Shown here piece after piece: positions 62,366 through 64,000 of a stretch of DNA of 64,000 nt. Position 1 is the first letter of the stretch. The number at the start of each line of letters is the position of its first letter. The stretch is from Raja brachyura (Eukaryota), in the NCBI GenBank assembly GCA_963514005.1, contig OY740821.1, positions 13,454,001 to 13,518,000 of the forward strand, in the 5' to 3' direction. Below the pieces are notes generated by a model. That model was given only the letters and a program-made list of their open reading frames with translations. It made no database searches and was not told the DNA's origin. A program made the position numbers and the translations under genes.

Positions 62366-62830
62366 AGCAGGTTTACAAGGTTAATTCCCGGGATGGCGGG
62401 GCTGTCATATGCTGAGAGAATGGAGCAGCTGGGCTTGTACACTCTGGAGTTTAGAAGGATAAGAGCGGATCTCATTGCAACATATAAGATTAAGGGCTTG
62501 GACACGTTAGAGGCAGGAATCGTGTTCCCGATCTTGGGCGAGTCCAGAACCAGGGGCCACAGTTTAAGAATGAGTAAGCCATTTAGAACAGAGACGAGGA
62601 AACACTTTTTCCTCACAGAGACTGGCGAGTGTGGAATTCTCTGCCTCAGAAAGTGATGGAGGCAGGTTCTCTGGATGCTTTCAAGAGAGAGCTAGATAGG
62701 GCTCTTAAAAATAGCTGAGTCAGGGGATATGGGGAGAAGGCAGGAACGGGGTACTGATTGGGGATGATCAGCCATGATCACATTGAATGGCGGTGCTGGC
62801 TCGAAGGGCCTACTCCTGCACCAATTGTCT
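62366..62830 (+). mobile_element. CR1 LINE 3' fragment
   Basis: RFTRLIPGMAGLSYAERMEQLGLYTLEFRRIRADLI...ESRTRGHSLR. Confidence 0.9.
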
Positions 62831-63928
62831 AATGCTCTCACTCAGCGACGCGTCGGGCAACCAATTCTGTCAACAGTGTTTAAGAAGGAACTGCAGATGC
62901 TGGAAAAATCGAAGGTAGACAAAAATGCTGGAGAAACTCAGCAGGTGCAGCAGCATCTATGGAGCGAAGGAAATGGGTAACGTTTCTGTCAACCGGTTGG
63001 ACGACGATGGAAGCCAACAGCGGGCCCTGCGTCATCTGACACGCGTGCGAACGAACCTAACGCTCCACTTAAATACAATCAAATAAAGCTTGAGTACAAT
63101 AGAGCAAAAGGGAAGACACAGAATATATTTTGGCATTGTAGCACATCAATTGTGAATTGGAAAATACTTCTTAGTAGTAGTTGGCAGAACTCCTGATGAC
63201 TAATTCTGCTTTGAAACCCAGAACGCAAAACTTATTGAGAAAACAAAATGGAAAAACCCGTTTTAAGACAACTGGAACACAAATTCTGGAATTGTAGTGC
63301 CAGATCAAAAAGTGAAGAATACAGCAAGTCAGCAGAATCACTGTGCAGGTGCCAGGGACTGCCTGCCAACGTGGAATAAAGCCTCAGGTTCCAGGCTGTC
63401 AGATCAGAGTTTGAGCAGCTGTGGGCCAGACACCATTTTAGGCCCACGTTTACATTACATCATTAGAAATAGCTAAAGGATGACTACTATTCAAAATGCA
63501 ACCAGTTTATTGTGCCTGTTGGTTTAACCATAAATTGTTGTTTGCTCCAACATTCAAATTCAATAAACCACGCCAGCAATTGAAGTTTGAATGCAGCTCA
63601 CAGAATCACTAACAGTTTACTGTGTATTCATTGCACACAGTTCAAAGCTATACAAAAAGGTTCAACAATGAAAAGATTTCCAATGGTGCCATTGTTTGTC
63701 CAGATCCAAAGTATCACCAAAAACATAGATGAATATAATGGATCACTGAAGAAGCGAGCTAACCATACGACTCATTAGTTGAATTTATACTGATGCTTCA
63801 CACACCTTAGTGCTGTACTCCCGATCTTTACGCTTCATTTGAATAGCTATTGGCACTGCATGTGGTTGGAACCAAATTGAAATTAGTTGCATAGAATATT
63901 CAGAGGGAGAAAAAGGACAAAGTCTTAC

Positions 63929-64000
63929 CTTCCATGAAAGCTTGTACGGCCTTGTCTACACAATTGTCATAATGTTGCAACACTAGGATGATCTCATTGT
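63929..64000 (-). CDS. SPATS2: SPATS2 coding exon, truncated by the window edge
   Basis: NEIILVLQHYDNCVDKAVQAFME(G); GTAAGA donor. Confidence 0.95.

Noticed and set aside
5209-62985. CRISPR-like or tandem array of repeated palindromic units
   Set aside because: The copies are dispersed retroelement termini in eukaryotic introns, with no regular spacers.

Overview
Eukaryotic, intron-rich vertebrate DNA; the repeat content (HE1-like V-SINEs, CR1 LINEs, Penelope-like terminal repeats) points to a cartilaginous fish, probably a skate or ray (inference). Two convergent protein-coding genes were rebuilt exon by exon with GT-AG boundaries and consistent phases. MCRS1 lies on + (12 coding exons, 2852-16124, N-terminal exons upstream of the window). 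SPATS2 lies on - (10 coding exons, 64000 to 28201, N-terminus beyond the window). The roughly 9.5 kb between their 3' ends, where human has KCNH3, has no recognisable KCNH3 exon. It holds an orphan CpG island and several structured retroposons instead. The best finding is a 140-bp non-autonomous retroposon (22857-22996, - strand) whose 5' end is a near-complete HDV/CPEB3-type self-cleaving ribozyme, with an (AAG)n tail and a target-site duplication; this copy carries a hairpin-perfecting insertion. Also present: many Penelope-derived repeats with minimal hammerhead cores (several as palindromes with TSDs), three TIR elements (one with a 7-bp TSD), a hAT transposase fossil and a possible ERV-like 5' remnant. 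All assignments are by eye, with no database search; repeat boundaries are approximate unless TSDs are quoted.
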